Origin: Actinomycetes bacterium | GTDB taxonomy: Bacteria > Actinomycetota > Actinomycetes > Actinomycetales > Microbacteriaceae | NCBI GenBank assembly: GCA_031421055.1 | Contig: JANONY010000064.1 | Coordinates: 1-40,936 of the forward strand | DNA: 40,936 nt | Direction: 5' to 3' | In this document: piece by piece, positions 9,437 to 19,380 of the stretch | Layout: each line of letters begins with the position of its first letter | Numbering within the stretch: position 1 is the first letter of the stretch | Program-made: the position numbers and the translations under genes | The notes under the pieces: model-generated | What the model saw: the letters and a program-made list of their open reading frames with translations, nothing else | What the model was told of the DNA's origin: nothing | The model's database searches: none

Positions 9437-11382
9437 CGCTCTTCTCGCAACGAGGCGTCAGAATTCACATCTGACTCCGTGGGAAGCGGGCGAGCGATCG
9501 GCACCTTTCCGCCGAGCACTTGCGAAACAAGGTCGCGCGCAACGTCGTGCGCGGTCAGCCCGACCTGCTCAAGAATCTCCTCCCGCGAACCGTGGTCAAG
9601 AAACTCGTCAGGCAACCCAAGCTCGGTGACAGCGGTATCGACTCCAGCAGCTCGAAGGTCTTGCCGAACCCGTGTGCCAATTCCGGCAACCCGCACACCG
9701 TCTTCGATGGTGACCACGATGCGATGCGCACGGGCGAGTTCAACGATGCTCGCTGGCACAGGAACGACCCACCGCGGGTCTACGACAGTCGCGCCTATCC
9801 CCTGGTCGGCAAGGCGCTCCGCGATCTCGAGACCCAGCTTTGCCATCGGCCCAACGGTGACGATGAGAACGTCTTTGTGCGCGGCCTCTCGCAGCACATC
9901 CACCCCATCGGGGGTGCGCCGGATGGCCTCGAACTCGTTGCCGACGCTGCCCTTCGAGAAGCGCACGACGGTCGGCCCGTCGTTGACGGCCACCGCCTCC
10001 CCGAGTTCTTCACGCAGTCGAGTCGAGTCGCGAGGCGCCGCGATGCGAATGTTTGGCACTACCTGCAGCAACGCGAGATCCCACATACCGTGATGGCTCG
10101 GGCCGTCTGGGCCGGTAACACCCGCGCGGTCGAGAACGAACGTCACGCCGGCTTTGTGCAGGGCGACATCCATGAGCACTTGGTCGAAAGCGCGATTGAC
10201 GAATGTCGCGTACAACGCGACCACGGGGTGCAAACCACCGAATGCGAGACCAGCGGCGGATGTCACGGCATGCTGCTCGGCAATGCCTACGTCAAAAACA
10301 CGCTCTGGGTACTTCTCCGCAAACTTGTGTAGCCCGACCGGTCGAAGCATCGCGGCCGTAATGCCGACCAACGACGGATCTGCGTCTGCGAGCGAGACGA
10401 TCTCGTCGGCGAACACGCTCGTCCATGAGGGCCTGCTCGCCACCTCGATCGGCTCGCCGGTCTCTGGGTCGATCTGGCCAACGGCGTGAAACTGGTCAGC
10501 CACGTCGGCGAGGGCGGGCTCATAGCCGCGGCCCTTCACGGTGATGGCATGAACAATTACTGGCGCGCCGTAGTTCTTCGCCTGGGTCAGCGCCTCCTCA
10601 AGCGCGCGGATGTCATGGCCGTGCACCGGGCCGAGGTACTTGATGTCGAGATTCGAGTACAAGGCCTCGTTGTTGGTCAGGCGCGAAAGGAAGCCGTGGG
10701 TTCCGCCCCGAATTCCTCGATACAGCGCCCGACCGGCCGGGCCAAAGCGATGGAAGACCTTGCGACTCGTCGAGTAGAGACTGCGGTACGAGCGGCGCGT
10801 GCGCACGTTGTTGAGGAAGTGCGCCATCCCCCCGATGGTCGGCGCGTAGGAGCGTCCGTTGTCGTTGACGATGATGACGAGGTTGCGACTGTTGTCGTCG
10901 CTGATGTTGTTCAGCGCCTCCCAGGTCATGCCACCGGTGAGAGCGCCATCACCGACCACGGCGACGACGTGCCGATCGGTTTGACCGGTCATCGTGAACG
11001 CACGAGAGATGCCGTCGGCCCACGAGAGCGAGCTTGAGGCGTGAGAACTCTCGACGATGTCGTGCGCGGACTCTCGGCGCTGCGGGTACCCCGCGAGCCC
11101 GCCCCGCTGTCGCAACCGGCTGAAGTCTTGGCGGCCCGTGAGTAGCTTGTGCACATAGGTTTGGTGACCGGTGTCAAACACCACGGCATCGTGCGGCGAC
11201 TGAAACACCCGGTGTATCGCAATGGTTAGTTCGACGACGCCGAGATTCGGCCCGAGGTGCCCCCCGGTTTTCGACACGTTCGCAACGAGGAACGCGCGAA
11301 TCTCTGCCGCGAGCTCGACGAGCTCCGCGGCACTGCGCCCGTCGAGGTCGCGGGGACCGTGAATGTTCTCAAGCAGGCCCAT
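9433..11382 (-). CDS. dxs: 1-deoxy-D-xylulose-5-phosphate synthase
   Basis: GGHLGPNLG, FDTGHQ, GDGALTGG (TPP motif), DVGIAEQH, DRAGVTGPDGPSHHG. Confidence 0.97.
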   Translation of the reverse strand: MGLLENIHGPRDLDGRSAAELVELAAEIRAFLVANVSKTGGHLGPNLGVVELTIAIHRVFQSPHDAVVFDTGHQTYVHKLLTGRQDFSRLRQRGGLAGYPQRRESAHDIVESSHASSSLSWADGISRAFTMTGQTDRHVVAVVGDGALTGGMTWEALNNISDDNSRNLVIIVNDNGRSYAPTIGGMAHFLNNVRTRRSYRSLYSTSRKVFHRFGPAGRALYRGIRGGTHGFLSRLTNNEALYSNLDIKYLGPVHGHDIRALEEALTQAKNYGAPVIVHAITVKGRGYEPALADVADQFHAVGQIDPETGEPIEVASRPSWTSVFADEIVSLADADPSLVGITAAMLRPVGLHKFAEKYPERVFDVGIAEQHAVTSAAGLAFGGLHPVVALYATFVNRAFDQVLMDVALHKAGVTFVLDRAGVTGPDGPSHHGMWDLALLQVVPNIRIAAPRDSTRLREELGEAVAVNDGPTVVRFSKGSVGNEFEAIRRTPDGVDVLREAAHKDVLIVTVGPMAKLGLEIAERLADQGIGATVVDPRWVVPVPASIVELARAHRIVVTIEDGVRVAGIGTRVRQDLRAAGVDTAVTELGLPDEFLDHGSREEILEQVGLTAHDVARDLVSQVLGGKVPIARPLPTESDVNSDASLREER

Positions 11383-11391
11383 GGATCGAGC

Positions 11392-14202
11392 CTAGACGAG
11401 ACTCCTCAACACATACTGCAGGATGCCGCCGTTGCGGTAGTAATCCGCTTCGCCCGGGGTGTCAATGCGCACAACCGCGTCGAACTCGATCGCCGCCTTA
11501 CCCGGCGCCGAGTGCGCCGTCGGAGACGCGACAACGTGCACAGTCTTCGGCGTCACACCCTCGTTGAGCTCCTGCAGGCCAGTAATCGACACCTCTTCAG
11601 TGCCGTCGAGCCCCAGCGACGCCCACGACTGCCCAGCCGGGAACTGCAGGGGCACCACGCCCATTCCGATCAGGTTCGACCGGTGGATGCGCTCGAAACT
11701 CTCGGTGATGACAGCCCTGACCCCGAGAAGGGAGGTTCCCTTCGCTGCCCAGTCTCGCGACGAGCCTGAACCGTATTCCTTTCCGCCGAAAATGACGAGC
11801 GGAGTTCCCTGCGCCTGATAATTCTGAGAAGCGTCGTAGATGAACGACTGCGGGGCATCAGGTTTCGTGAAGTCACGCGTGTAGCCACCCTCGACGCCAT
11901 CCAACAGTTGATTTTTCAGTCGGATATTCGCGAAGGTTCCACGAATCATCACCTCATGGTTGCCGCGGCGCGAGCCGTAGGAGTTGTAGTCGATGCGAGC
12001 GACGCCGTGCTCGTCGAGGTACTTGCCCGCCGGGCTGTCGGCCTTGATATTGCCGGCCGGGCTGATGTGGTCGGTGGTGACGGAGTCGCCAAGGGCCGCG
12101 AGTACGCGAGCGCCGGCGATGTCGGTGACTGGGGTCGTCTCGATGGTCATGCCGTCGAAGTAGGGAGGCTTGCGCACATAGGTCGAGGTGGGGTCCCATT
12201 CAAACGTCGCACCGGTCGGAGTCGGCAGAGAGCGCCAGCGCTCGTCACCGTCGAAGACGCCAGCGTACTGATGATCGAACATGCCTGTTTCGATAGACGA
12301 ATCGATCGTCGCCTGCACTTCTGCGGCATCCGGCCAGATATCTTTCAGGTACACGTCGTTGCCGTCTGAGCCGACGCCGAGAGCGTCTTTCTCGAAATCG
12401 AAGTTCATCGAACCGGCGAGCGCATAGGCGATCACGAGTGGCGGCGAAGCAAGGTAGTTCATCTTCACGTCGGGGTTGATGCGGCCTTCGAAGTTGCGGT
12501 TGCCAGAGAGCACAGCGGTGACGGCTAGATCGTTCTTGTTGACCGCCGCCGAGATCTCTTCGATCAGCGGGCCTGAGTTGCCGATGCAGGTCGTGCAGCC
12601 GTAGCCGACGGTGTAGAAACCGAGGTCTTCAAGGTAGCTGGTGAGTCCGGCCTTCTCGTAGTAGTCGGTAACGACCTTGGAGCCTGGCGCGAGCGTTGTC
12701 TTGACCCACGGCTTAGCTTTGAGGCCCTTCTTGCTGGCGTTGCGCGCGAGAAGCCCGGCCGCGAGCATGACGCTGGGGTTGGACGTGTTGGTGCAGCTGG
12801 TGATGGCCGCTATAGCAACGGCGCCGTGATCGAGTGTGAAGCGACGGCCGTCTTCTAGCGTGACCTTCGTCGGGTGCGAGACGTGCGAGGGGCTGTGACT
12901 GACGTGAGAGACCTCGTGGGCAGACTCTTCGTCTTCTGGCGTGAGCCCGATCGGGTCAGAAGCCGGAAAGGTGCCTTCGATAGCTGCATCGACCTTGGAG
13001 TGATCGGTCGAGGCGTAGGCGTTGAGATCGATCTCAAACTGCTCTTTCGCGCGGCTGAGCTCAACGCGGTCCTGCGGGCGCTTTGGCCCGGCGATCGACG
13101 GCACAACGGTCGAGAGGTCGAGCTCGAGGTACTCGCTGTACACCGGCTCGACCGCCGGGTCGTGCCACAGGTTCTGCAGCTTCGAATAGGCCTCGACGAG
13201 CTTGACCTGACTCTCGCTGCGGCCGGTGAGGCGCAGGTAGTCGAGCGTCACGTCGTCGATCGGGAACATCGCGGCGGTCGAACCGAACTCCGGGCTCATG
13301 TTGCCAATCGTGGCGCGGTTCGCGAGCGGCACTTCGGCCACTCCTGCGCCGTAGAACTCGACGAACTTGCCAACAACGCCGTGCTTACGCAACTGCTCGG
13401 TGATCGTGAGCACGACATCCGTCGCGGTGACTGCGGTAGGAATCGCGCCGGTGAGCTTGAACCCGACCACCTTCGGGATGAGCATGGAAACCGGCTGGCC
13501 GAGCATCGCGGCCTCCGCTTCGATGCCGCCGACGCCCCATCCGAGCACACCGAGGCCGTTGACCATGGTCGTGTGGGAGTCAGTGCCGACACAGGTATCG
13601 GGATACGCGCGCAGCACGCCGTTGACCTCGCGAGTGTAGGTCACGCGCGCGAGGTACTCGATGTTGACTTGGTGCACGATGCCGGTTCCCGGCGGAACGA
13701 CCTTGAAGTCGTCAAACGCGGTCTGGCCCCAGCGCAAGAACTGGTAGCGTTCGCCGTTTCGCTCGTATTCGATTTCGACGTTGCGCTCCAGCGCATTCTC
13801 CGTGCCGAAAACGTCGGCGATGACGGAGTGGTCGATGACCATCTCGGCTGGCGACAGTGGGTTGATCTTGGTCGGGTCTCCCCCGAGTGCTTCGACGGCC
13901 TCGCGCATCGTGGCGAGATCGACAATGCACGGCACGCCGGTAAAGTCCTGCATGATCACGCGCGCGGGCGTGAACTGAATCTCGGTATCTGGCTCCGCCG
14001 TCGGAACCCACGCGCCGAGCGCTCGAATGTGCTCCGCCGTGACATTGGCGCCGTCTTCGGTGCGAAGCAGATTCTCAAGCAGCACCGTGAGGCTGAACGG
14101 GAGCTTCTCAAAACCGTCAACGGTATCTACCCGAAAGACTTCATAGTCCGTGCCCTCAACAGTGAGAGTGCTCTTCGAACCGAAGCTGTTAATTGCGGAC
14201 AT
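11392..14202 (-). CDS. acnA: Aconitate hydratase A
   Basis: [33 protein letters not shown] and [13 protein letters not shown]. Start placed at ATG 14202 behind AAGGGAG. Confidence 0.97.
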   Translation of the reverse strand: MSAINSFGSKSTLTVEGTDYEVFRVDTVDGFEKLPFSLTVLLENLLRTEDGANVTAEHIRALGAWVPTAEPDTEIQFTPARVIMQDFTGVPCIVDLATMREAVEALGGDPTKINPLSPAEMVIDHSVIADVFGTENALERNVEIEYERNGERYQFLRWGQTAFDDFKVVPPGTGIVHQVNIEYLARVTYTREVNGVLRAYPDTCVGTDSHTTMVNGLGVLGWGVGGIEAEAAMLGQPVSMLIPKVVGFKLTGAIPTAVTATDVVLTITEQLRKHGVVGKFVEFYGAGVAEVPLANRATIGNMSPEFGSTAAMFPIDDVTLDYLRLTGRSESQVKLVEAYSKLQNLWHDPAVEPVYSEYLELDLSTVVPSIAGPKRPQDRVELSRAKEQFEIDLNAYASTDHSKVDAAIEGTFPASDPIGLTPEDEESAHEVSHVSHSPSHVSHPTKVTLEDGRRFTLDHGAVAIAAITSCTNTSNPSVMLAAGLLARNASKKGLKAKPWVKTTLAPGSKVVTDYYEKAGLTSYLEDLGFYTVGYGCTTCIGNSGPLIEEISAAVNKNDLAVTAVLSGNRNFEGRINPDVKMNYLASPPLVIAYALAGSMNFDFEKDALGVGSDGNDVYLKDIWPDAAEVQATIDSSIETGMFDHQYAGVFDGDERWRSLPTPTGATFEWDPTSTYVRKPPYFDGMTIETTPVTDIAGARVLAALGDSVTTDHISPAGNIKADSPAGKYLDEHGVARIDYNSYGSRRGNHEVMIRGTFANIRLKNQLLDGVEGGYTRDFTKPDAPQSFIYDASQNYQAQGTPLVIFGGKEYGSGSSRDWAAKGTSLLGVRAVITESFERIHRSNLIGMGVVPLQFPAGQSWASLGLDGTEEVSITGLQELNEGVTPKTVHVVASPTAHSAPGKAAIEFDAVVRIDTPGEADYYRNGGILQYVLRSLV

Positions 14203-14304
14203 CTGCCGTCTCCCTTGCTGACTTGGCTCAATCCTTGCGCCCGGCAGGCGGCCCTGCCAGCAAGGCAAGCCTAAGCCTGCACCGAGCCGATCATCCCCAG
14301 TATA

Positions 14305-14322
14305 TATCTTGACGTCAAGATA
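14305..14322. promoter_or_regulatory. Perfect 18-bp palindromic operator upstream of acnA (TamR/MarR-type site, tentative)
   Basis: TATCTTGACGTCAAGATA is its own reverse complement and abuts a minus-strand TATACT -10 hexamer (14299-14304). Confidence 0.7.
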
Positions 14323-15073
14323 CTTTTGGCGCCACGGGTGCGCCGTCGGGTGCGCCGGTCGTGACCGGCGGCGTCAGTATCGCGCGCACGAGAATCCAGG
14401 TGATCCAGAGCACAACGGCGTACAGCGGCACGCCGAGAATGAGCTTCGATAGACCGAGTCCTGCGGCGTTATCGGCGAAGTACAGCGGCAACTGGATCGC
14501 GAGGCGGATGGCGAACATCGCGCCCCAAATTACGGTTGCGAGGGTCAGAATCCAGAGCTTTCTCGGCGACGTGCGCCAGCCCGCTGCCCGCGGACCAACC
14601 AGGTAGGCCACGACGACGCCGAGCAGCGGTCGACGCGCGATCAGGCTGATCACGATCGCAGTGAGGTACGCGGCATTGAGCCAAAGACCAAGCACGAAGT
14701 TGTTGGACGCGTTGTTAGTGCTGATCGCGAGAATCGCGGTCACAGCCACGATCACAGCGCCGCTGACTGCCGGGACAATCGGCAATTTGGTGGCCGCGCG
14801 AACGGCGATGAATGCAAGCGCGACCGCTACTGGCGCCAGAGAGGCGATAACCACCTGCTGTGTCTTGTCCAGGTGGTCGCTGCTCTGCACGATGAGGTAG
14901 ACCACCAGGAAGAGAAAACTCGGCAGAATCGACTCGATCACGCCGCGCACACCGCCGACAGCCTCGAGCACTGCGGTGCCGGTTGGCTTGTTGTCAGGTG
15001 AAATTTTGCCGAGGCGTGACGTGCGCGCCGCAGCCGCTAGTGCGTCGTTGATTGAGGTGTCTTTCTCGGCCAT
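14315..15073 (-). CDS. DUF3159 membrane protein
   Basis: [20 protein letters not shown] and RLAIQLPLY...KLILGVPLY. Several TM helices; synteny with DUF3710 and dut. Confidence 0.85.
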   Translation of the reverse strand: MAEKDTSINDALAAAARTSRLGKISPDNKPTGTAVLEAVGGVRGVIESILPSFLFLVVYLIVQSSDHLDKTQQVVIASLAPVAVALAFIAVRAATKLPIVPAVSGAVIVAVTAILAISTNNASNNFVLGLWLNAAYLTAIVISLIARRPLLGVVVAYLVGPRAAGWRTSPRKLWILTLATVIWGAMFAIRLAIQLPLYFADNAAGLGLSKLILGVPLYAVVLWITWILVRAILTPPVTTGAPDGAPVAPKVS

Positions 15074-15678
15074 CAGGTGCTCGCCGGCCCGCCCTGAGGC
15101 ATGTGCAGCGGAATGAGGTCGCGAGGCGGCATCGGTGTGGCACCGCGCACAACCACAATGCTTCTGAACAGTTCTTCGACCTTGCCCCCTGCCTCAGGGT
15201 TGACGATCGCGTCACCGGCGATCACTCCTCGCAGAAACCAACGCGGACCATCGACGCCGATGAAACGGGCGAGGCGGGTCGACTGAGGCTCACCAGGAGT
15301 TGCGACCGGGATCTGCGCCTGGACTTCTGGACCAAAAGTTCCGGTAACAACGCGCGTCGTGCCGCCCTGCTTCTGGATCTGCTCAATAATTTGCTCGCGA
15401 ATCTCGCGCCAGAGCCCGCTGTTTCGCGGCGCGGCGAACGGCTGCACTTGCAAGGTCGAGCCAACGTAGTCGAGCGCAACAGCGATCACACGCTTGCTGT
15501 CTTCCTCAACCTCGAGGCGCAGCTGCAAACCGGTTCGTGGCAAGATCTTGACGCCGCCAAGGTCGACGTAGGGCCGAACCGCGTTGGCTTCGCTCTCGTC
15601 GAGTGGACCGTTGATCGCCCGATCGGCCGGGGCCGACTTCCCATCAGTATTGGCGGCGCCGCCGAACGTGTCTGTCAC
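15073..15678 (-). CDS. DUF3710 family protein
   Basis: YVDLGG, QPFAAPRNSGLW, RFIGVDGPRWFLRGV, PMPPRD. Confidence 0.88.
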   Translation of the reverse strand: MTDTFGGAANTDGKSAPADRAINGPLDESEANAVRPYVDLGGVKILPRTGLQLRLEVEEDSKRVIAVALDYVGSTLQVQPFAAPRNSGLWREIREQIIEQIQKQGGTTRVVTGTFGPEVQAQIPVATPGEPQSTRLARFIGVDGPRWFLRGVIAGDAIVNPEAGGKVEELFRSIVVVRGATPMPPRDLIPLHMPQGGPAST

Positions 15679-16136
15679 GACTGCTCCCTCACTTGTGCTG
15701 GTTCGCCATAGCCCGTCGAACCAAAGCCGCCATCGCCGCGGTGGCTACCTGGCAGGGTCTCGACCTCAATGAATCGCGCGCGCGTCACGGGCATAACGAT
15801 AAGTTGTGCGATTCGATCGCCCACCGCGACGGGGTACGCCTTCGCGCTGTCCGTATTGAGCAGAGTCACTCGAATCTCGCCGCGGTAACCAGCATCGACG
15901 GTGCCTGGGCTGTTCACGATCGTAATGCCGTGTTTCATCGCGAGCCCGCTTCGCGGCACGACGAACGCTACGTAGCCGTCGGGAAGGGCGATGGATACGC
16001 CCGTGCCAACTGTTGCGCGCTCGGTTGGGCCGAGCACCACGGCCTCGTTGGCGACAAGATCAGCGCCAGCGTCGCCCGGATGAGCGTATTGCGGAACGAC
16101 CCCCGCGGCGATGAGTACTTCAACAGATTCAGCCAC
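15675..16136 (-). CDS. dut: dUTP diphosphatase
   Basis: dUTPase motifs AGADL, PRSGLA, GTVDAGYRGE, RIAQL and RGDGGFGSTG. Confidence 0.97.
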   Translation of the reverse strand: MAESVEVLIAAGVVPQYAHPGDAGADLVANEAVVLGPTERATVGTGVSIALPDGYVAFVVPRSGLAMKHGITIVNSPGTVDAGYRGEIRVTLLNTDSAKAYPVAVGDRIAQLIVMPVTRARFIEVETLPGSHRGDGGFGSTGYGEPAQVREQS

Positions 16137-16207
16137 CCAACGAGGTTAGTGCAGAACGGTCGTGCCCCCGGAATCGCGGGTGACGCAAAATCTGTTCAAA
16201 TGGATGC

Positions 16208-16669
16208 ATGACCATCTACCGCGAGAGGCTCTGGCCAGCGCCTTGGCTCTTCATCAGCACCGCCCTGGTGATTCCGGCCAGCCTGCTCGTCTTCTTGCCG
16301 ATCGACACGACCACGGGTGTCGTTGCAGCAATTGTGTTGTACACGACGTGCGTCGTTGCTCTGCTCATGGCTGCACCCGTGGTCGCAGTCACGACGACCG
16401 AGGTGCGCGCCGGGCGTGCACGGCTACCACTCACCGTCGTCGGCTCGGTCGAGGCCTACCGCGGCGATGAAGCCCGGCTCGAACGCGGACAGCGACTCGA
16501 TGCTCGGGCGTGGTTGCTCATCCGCGGCTGGGTATCGCCGGTCGTAAAAATCGAGGTGCTTGACGAAACTGATCCGACGCCGTACTGGCTGGTTTCAACG
16601 AGAAGGCCGGACGCCGTGATCGAGGCAATCGCCCAAGCCAGACAAAGCCCTCTCAGCGAGCGAGGCTAG
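16208..16669 (+). CDS. DUF3093 membrane protein
   Basis: YRERLWP, two TM helices, and DPTPYWLVSTRRP. Divergent from dut. Confidence 0.88.
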   Translation: MTIYRERLWPAPWLFISTALVIPASLLVFLPIDTTTGVVAAIVLYTTCVVALLMAAPVVAVTTTEVRAGRARLPLTVVGSVEAYRGDEARLERGQRLDARAWLLIRGWVSPVVKIEVLDETDPTPYWLVSTRRPDAVIEAIAQARQSPLSERG

Positions 16670-16959
16670 GCCGCACACTCCACGCAGATCTGACCGAGTT
16701 TGGTTTGGTGGTCGATCTGGGAGCGGTGCTTCACAAGAAAGCAATTGACGCAGGTGAATTCGTCGGCCTGCGGGGGAAGAACGACAACATCCAGATCTAG
16801 GTCTGAAAGATCACCGCCCTCGAGGTCGAAACTGCCGGGGTTATCGGCGTCATCAACGTCGATTGAACCCGACGTTTTGTCGGGGACGCGCTCCTTGAGC
16901 GCCTCGATCGACTCCGTGTCGTCGTCGGTCTTGCGCGGAGCGTCGTAGTCGGTTGCCAT
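16666..16959 (-). CDS. DUF4193 family protein
   Basis: MATDYDAPRK start and EFTCVNCFLVKHRSQ...CVEC. ATG at 16959. Confidence 0.9.
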   Translation of the reverse strand: MATDYDAPRKTDDDTESIEALKERVPDKTSGSIDVDDADNPGSFDLEGGDLSDLDLDVVVLPPQADEFTCVNCFLVKHRSQIDHQTKLGQICVECAA

Positions 16960-17180
16960 GCCCATCCACTTCTGTATTGCCGAGAGTTCTTTGTTTTCAC
17001 GAGAAAAAATATGAAATCGGCGGGCACAGTCTGCATCATCGGATTGGTATTCGCAAACCGCCGTGCCGGTGCCCGTGTCGTGCGCCCTGTGCAACCCACG
17101 GCACGCCCGCCGTATTCCCGGGAATTGCACTAAAGGCGTGGCATCCTTGAGCAGAATCTCGAGCGCTGGAGGCGGCTCAT

Positions 17181-18254
17181 ATGCAAGACCTGAAGGTTAT
17201 CGGAGTAGAGGACGGCGCGCTGCTCGTCGTCGCCGACGATGGTGAACGCTTCCGCCTAGCGATTGACGACCTTCTCCACTCGCGAATTCGTCAAGCATCA
17301 CCGGAACAAGGCAACGGGCGAAAGCTTTCGCCGCGCGAGATTCAAGACCAGATTCGATCCGGAATGTCTGCGCACGATGTTGCGGCAGTGACCGGCATGC
17401 CCGTCGACCACGTCGAGAAGTACGAGGGCCCGATTCTCGCCGAGCGGGAGCACATTGTGCTCTCTGCGCTCGACGTGCCAGTCAACGTCGCCTTCGACAG
17501 CGGCGCGCCTTCGTCTGGAGTGAGTTTCGGCACGGCCATTCGCACCCGCCTCAGCGCGATCACCGCCATCAACGAACGCTGGGCCTCATGGAAAGACCCG
17601 GCCGCCGGCTGGGTGGTGAAGCTGAGCTTCACAGCAAACCAGATCGATCACGATGCTCGCTGGAGCTTCGACCCACGACGCCGCACGCTCTCTGCGCTCA
17701 ACACTGAGGCGACCACGCTCTCCCAGCAGGGGGATGTACCGACCCAGCTGATTCCGCGCTTGCGCGCCGTCGCGCCGAATCTGGAACAGGTACCCGATCG
17801 CTTCGACAGTGGGGCGTTTGCTCCGGTGATAGCGAGCGAGCAGCCCGCTTCACGTTTTGCTCCGCGCGCGCAACCCTTGCACACCGAATCCAATCAGACA
17901 GCCGATCTCCTCGACGCGCTTCGGCGCCGTCGGGGCGAACGCGAACCGGCCGCCTACAGCGACGATGCGGCGCAATCTGCACACCCGTCGACCGGAAAGA
18001 TCCGTGTGATCGACGTGCCAATGCCCGAACCAGAGCCCGATATTGTGCCAGAGCCCGAGTTTGACGCGGGTTTCGACGACCAGCCTGACACTGCGCGGGC
18101 GGGCGGGACTGCGCGCGCGGGCGGCTTGCGTGCCACCCTCCCCCAACCGGGCGTTCAGCCCGCGCCGCAGTCGAAAGCGCGCAAGGGCCGCTCGGCGATG
18201 CCAAGTTGGGACGACATCGTTTTTGGCGCGCGACCCGACGACAACCCGGCGTAG
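17181..18254 (+). CDS. sepH: Septation protein SepH (DUF3071)
   Basis: LSPREIQDQIRSG HTH, YEGPILAERE and C-terminal MPSWDDIVFG. Confidence 0.88.
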   Translation: MQDLKVIGVEDGALLVVADDGERFRLAIDDLLHSRIRQASPEQGNGRKLSPREIQDQIRSGMSAHDVAAVTGMPVDHVEKYEGPILAEREHIVLSALDVPVNVAFDSGAPSSGVSFGTAIRTRLSAITAINERWASWKDPAAGWVVKLSFTANQIDHDARWSFDPRRRTLSALNTEATTLSQQGDVPTQLIPRLRAVAPNLEQVPDRFDSGAFAPVIASEQPASRFAPRAQPLHTESNQTADLLDALRRRRGEREPAAYSDDAAQSAHPSTGKIRVIDVPMPEPEPDIVPEPEFDAGFDDQPDTARAGGTARAGGLRATLPQPGVQPAPQSKARKGRSAMPSWDDIVFGARPDDNPA

Positions 18255-18258
18255 AGCT

Positions 18259-19368
18259 CTACGCGGCGAAAGCCCCGAGTCCAATCAGGGGAACCTGCAG
18301 TTCTGCGCTCGACCAGGATCCGTGCTGGCCGACCATCGCTCGCGAGCGTGCGCTCGCGGTCGTCGCGTAGTAGGCGATCGATTTTCGCGCAGCCACGATC
18401 ACGTCGCCGATGCGGTCTATCACGTCGTCGCGCACCGGCCCGAACCAACCAGCAGCTATTGCCTCGTCGCGCGTCACCACCCAGCTGCGCGACTCTTCGC
18501 TCTCCCGCCACGCGGCGAGAGTAGCCGCTCGATCGGCGTCCGGCGCGAAGTACAGCTGCAAGCAACGCGGCTCTCCCCCGACATGCCCGATGCCCGCCAT
18601 GAGTTCGTGCGACGAGTCGAACAGGATGTGGTTGTGGGCCGCGACGTCAATGATGCCGTGGTCGCCGGTGACAATGAGACCCACATCCGCGGGAACCCCG
18701 AAGTCGCGCACAGCGCCGTCGATGCGCTCGAGCGTCGTGGTGAACAGCTCGGACTCCCAGCCATGCGCGTGCGCGACCTTATCAAGCTCGTTGGCGTACA
18801 CGTAGATGAGTTGCGGGGCGCTAGGCGAGGCGAGCAGCCTCGTCGCGGCCTCGAACCGGGCGGCGAGGGTTGCGCCGGCGACGAAGCCTGCTCCGCGAAG
18901 CACCGCGCGAGTGAACGCCGTGTCGCGATAGCGCTGCGGGGCGACGAAGGCCGTGCGGAATCCCTCCGCCTGTGCGCGTTCGAACACCGTCGGCTGTGTC
19001 TGCCAGGTGCTCGGGTCGATGCCCTCCCAGCCACTCAACTGGTTGATCACCCTGTTCTGTGTCTGGTCGAGAACCGTGTAGCCGACCAGCCCGTGCTGGC
19101 CGGGCCGCACCCCCGTGCTCAGGGTGGCGAGAGCGCTCGCCGTCGTGGTCGGAAATCCAGAATCGATGGTGGTGAACTGCGCCGCCAGGGTGCGTGCGTG
19201 ACCAGCTCTCGCCGTGAGCGACGCTGCGCCAAGCCCGTCAACCAGCAGTACGACGGCGGCGCGAACCGGTGGTAGCCCGAGAGAATTGCGCTCACCGCGC
19301 ACCGCAGAGAGGCAACTTGGGAACACGTCGGCAAGGCTCAGCTCGTCTGTTCTGAGCGCCGGTAGCAT
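18259..19368 (-). CDS. Alkaline phosphatase / nucleotide pyrophosphatase family protein
   Basis: LLVDGLG, FPTTT (Thr nucleophile), LDKVAH, TGDHG, GQHGS. Confidence 0.88.
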   Translation of the reverse strand: MLPALRTDELSLADVFPSCLSAVRGERNSLGLPPVRAAVVLLVDGLGAASLTARAGHARTLAAQFTTIDSGFPTTTASALATLSTGVRPGQHGLVGYTVLDQTQNRVINQLSGWEGIDPSTWQTQPTVFERAQAEGFRTAFVAPQRYRDTAFTRAVLRGAGFVAGATLAARFEAATRLLASPSAPQLIYVYANELDKVAHAHGWESELFTTTLERIDGAVRDFGVPADVGLIVTGDHGIIDVAAHNHILFDSSHELMAGIGHVGGEPRCLQLYFAPDADRAATLAAWRESEESRSWVVTRDEAIAAGWFGPVRDDVIDRIGDVIVAARKSIAYYATTASARSRAMVGQHGSWSSAELQVPLIGLGAFAA

Positions 19369-19380
19369 GGGGGCAATCTT

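Noticed and set aside
12874-14274. Long antisense or alternate-frame ORFs (e.g. 12874-14274 +, 6198-7397 -, 18043-19275 +, 32283-33449 -, 39518-40534 -)
   Set aside because: Shadow ORFs of well-supported genes, expected in high-GC DNA, with no recognisable motifs.
18090-18126. 18-bp duplication in sepH (TARAGG x2), PTPA repeats in sucB and AAKA repeats in sigA
   Set aside because: In-frame slippage in low-complexity linkers, which is ordinary.
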